DNA of 63,912 nucleotides, the filler included, from Choristocarpus tenellus KU-1152 (Eukaryota > Protista > Phaeophyceae): NCBI GenBank assembly GCA_964200185.2. It is 15 parts of 15 records of this genome, joined end to end, with 100 filler letters (N's around TTAATTAATTAA, not from the genome) between each part and the next. Parts side by side here need not be neighbours in the genome. Positions count along the whole stretch, not along the records: positions 60,959 to 63,912 come from CAXNAD020023396.1; 14 more parts are not named here. One strand, given 5' to 3'. The notes under the pieces were generated by a model. The model was not told the origin of the DNA. It was given only the letters and a program-made list of their open reading frames with translations, and did not search any database. The position numbers were made by a program, and so were the translations under genes. This document shows positions 63,811 through 63,912 of this stretch, one piece after another. Each line of letters begins with the position of its first letter. Position 1 is the first letter of the stretch.

Positions 63811-63912
63811 ATGTTACAGGCGAATAGTGCGAGCTTTTCTTCTTGTATTTCAACGAAGTGCAAGCGTTTGTTACACGCGAATAGCGCGAGCATTTTCTTT
63901 TTATGTTTCAGG
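63811..63912 (+). mobile_element. Probable start of another inserted LTR
   Basis: Homology to Copia copy 1 stops abruptly at TGTTACA. The sequence contains an internal GCGAATAG(T/C)GCGAGC direct repeat. Confidence 0.4.

Overview
Eukaryotic, repeat-rich draft genomic DNA. It is 15 short contigs joined by artificial 100-bp linkers (N44-TTAATTAATTAA-N44), so adjacency across a linker is not evidence of synteny. Short GT-AG exons, TTAGGG-type repeats and the gene content suggest a photosynthetic stramenopile such as a brown alga or close relative (inference). Recognisable host gene parts: a PAS-domain protein, a TruA/Pus1-type pseudouridine synthase head-to-head with an HVA22/REEP-domain protein carrying a very long disordered tail, a probable Nup205, an ankyrin-repeat protein, an arylsulfatase exon and an intronless RVxF-like ORF. 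Much of the rest is nested transposon debris: two copies of one Copia family, a second Copia with 5' LTR, gag and protease, a chromodomain Gypsy, and two LTR families with 5-bp TSDs. The most notable pattern is four MITE families sharing GRGYCAAA...TTTGRCYC-like ends, mostly with 4-bp TSDs. Two decayed copies of a Cys-rich transposase C-terminus occur alongside them, which points to a Sola2-like DNA-transposon radiation. Repeat copies show many CpG>TpG/CpA changes, suggesting past cytosine methylation. No prokaryotic system, CRISPR array or RNA gene could be supported.
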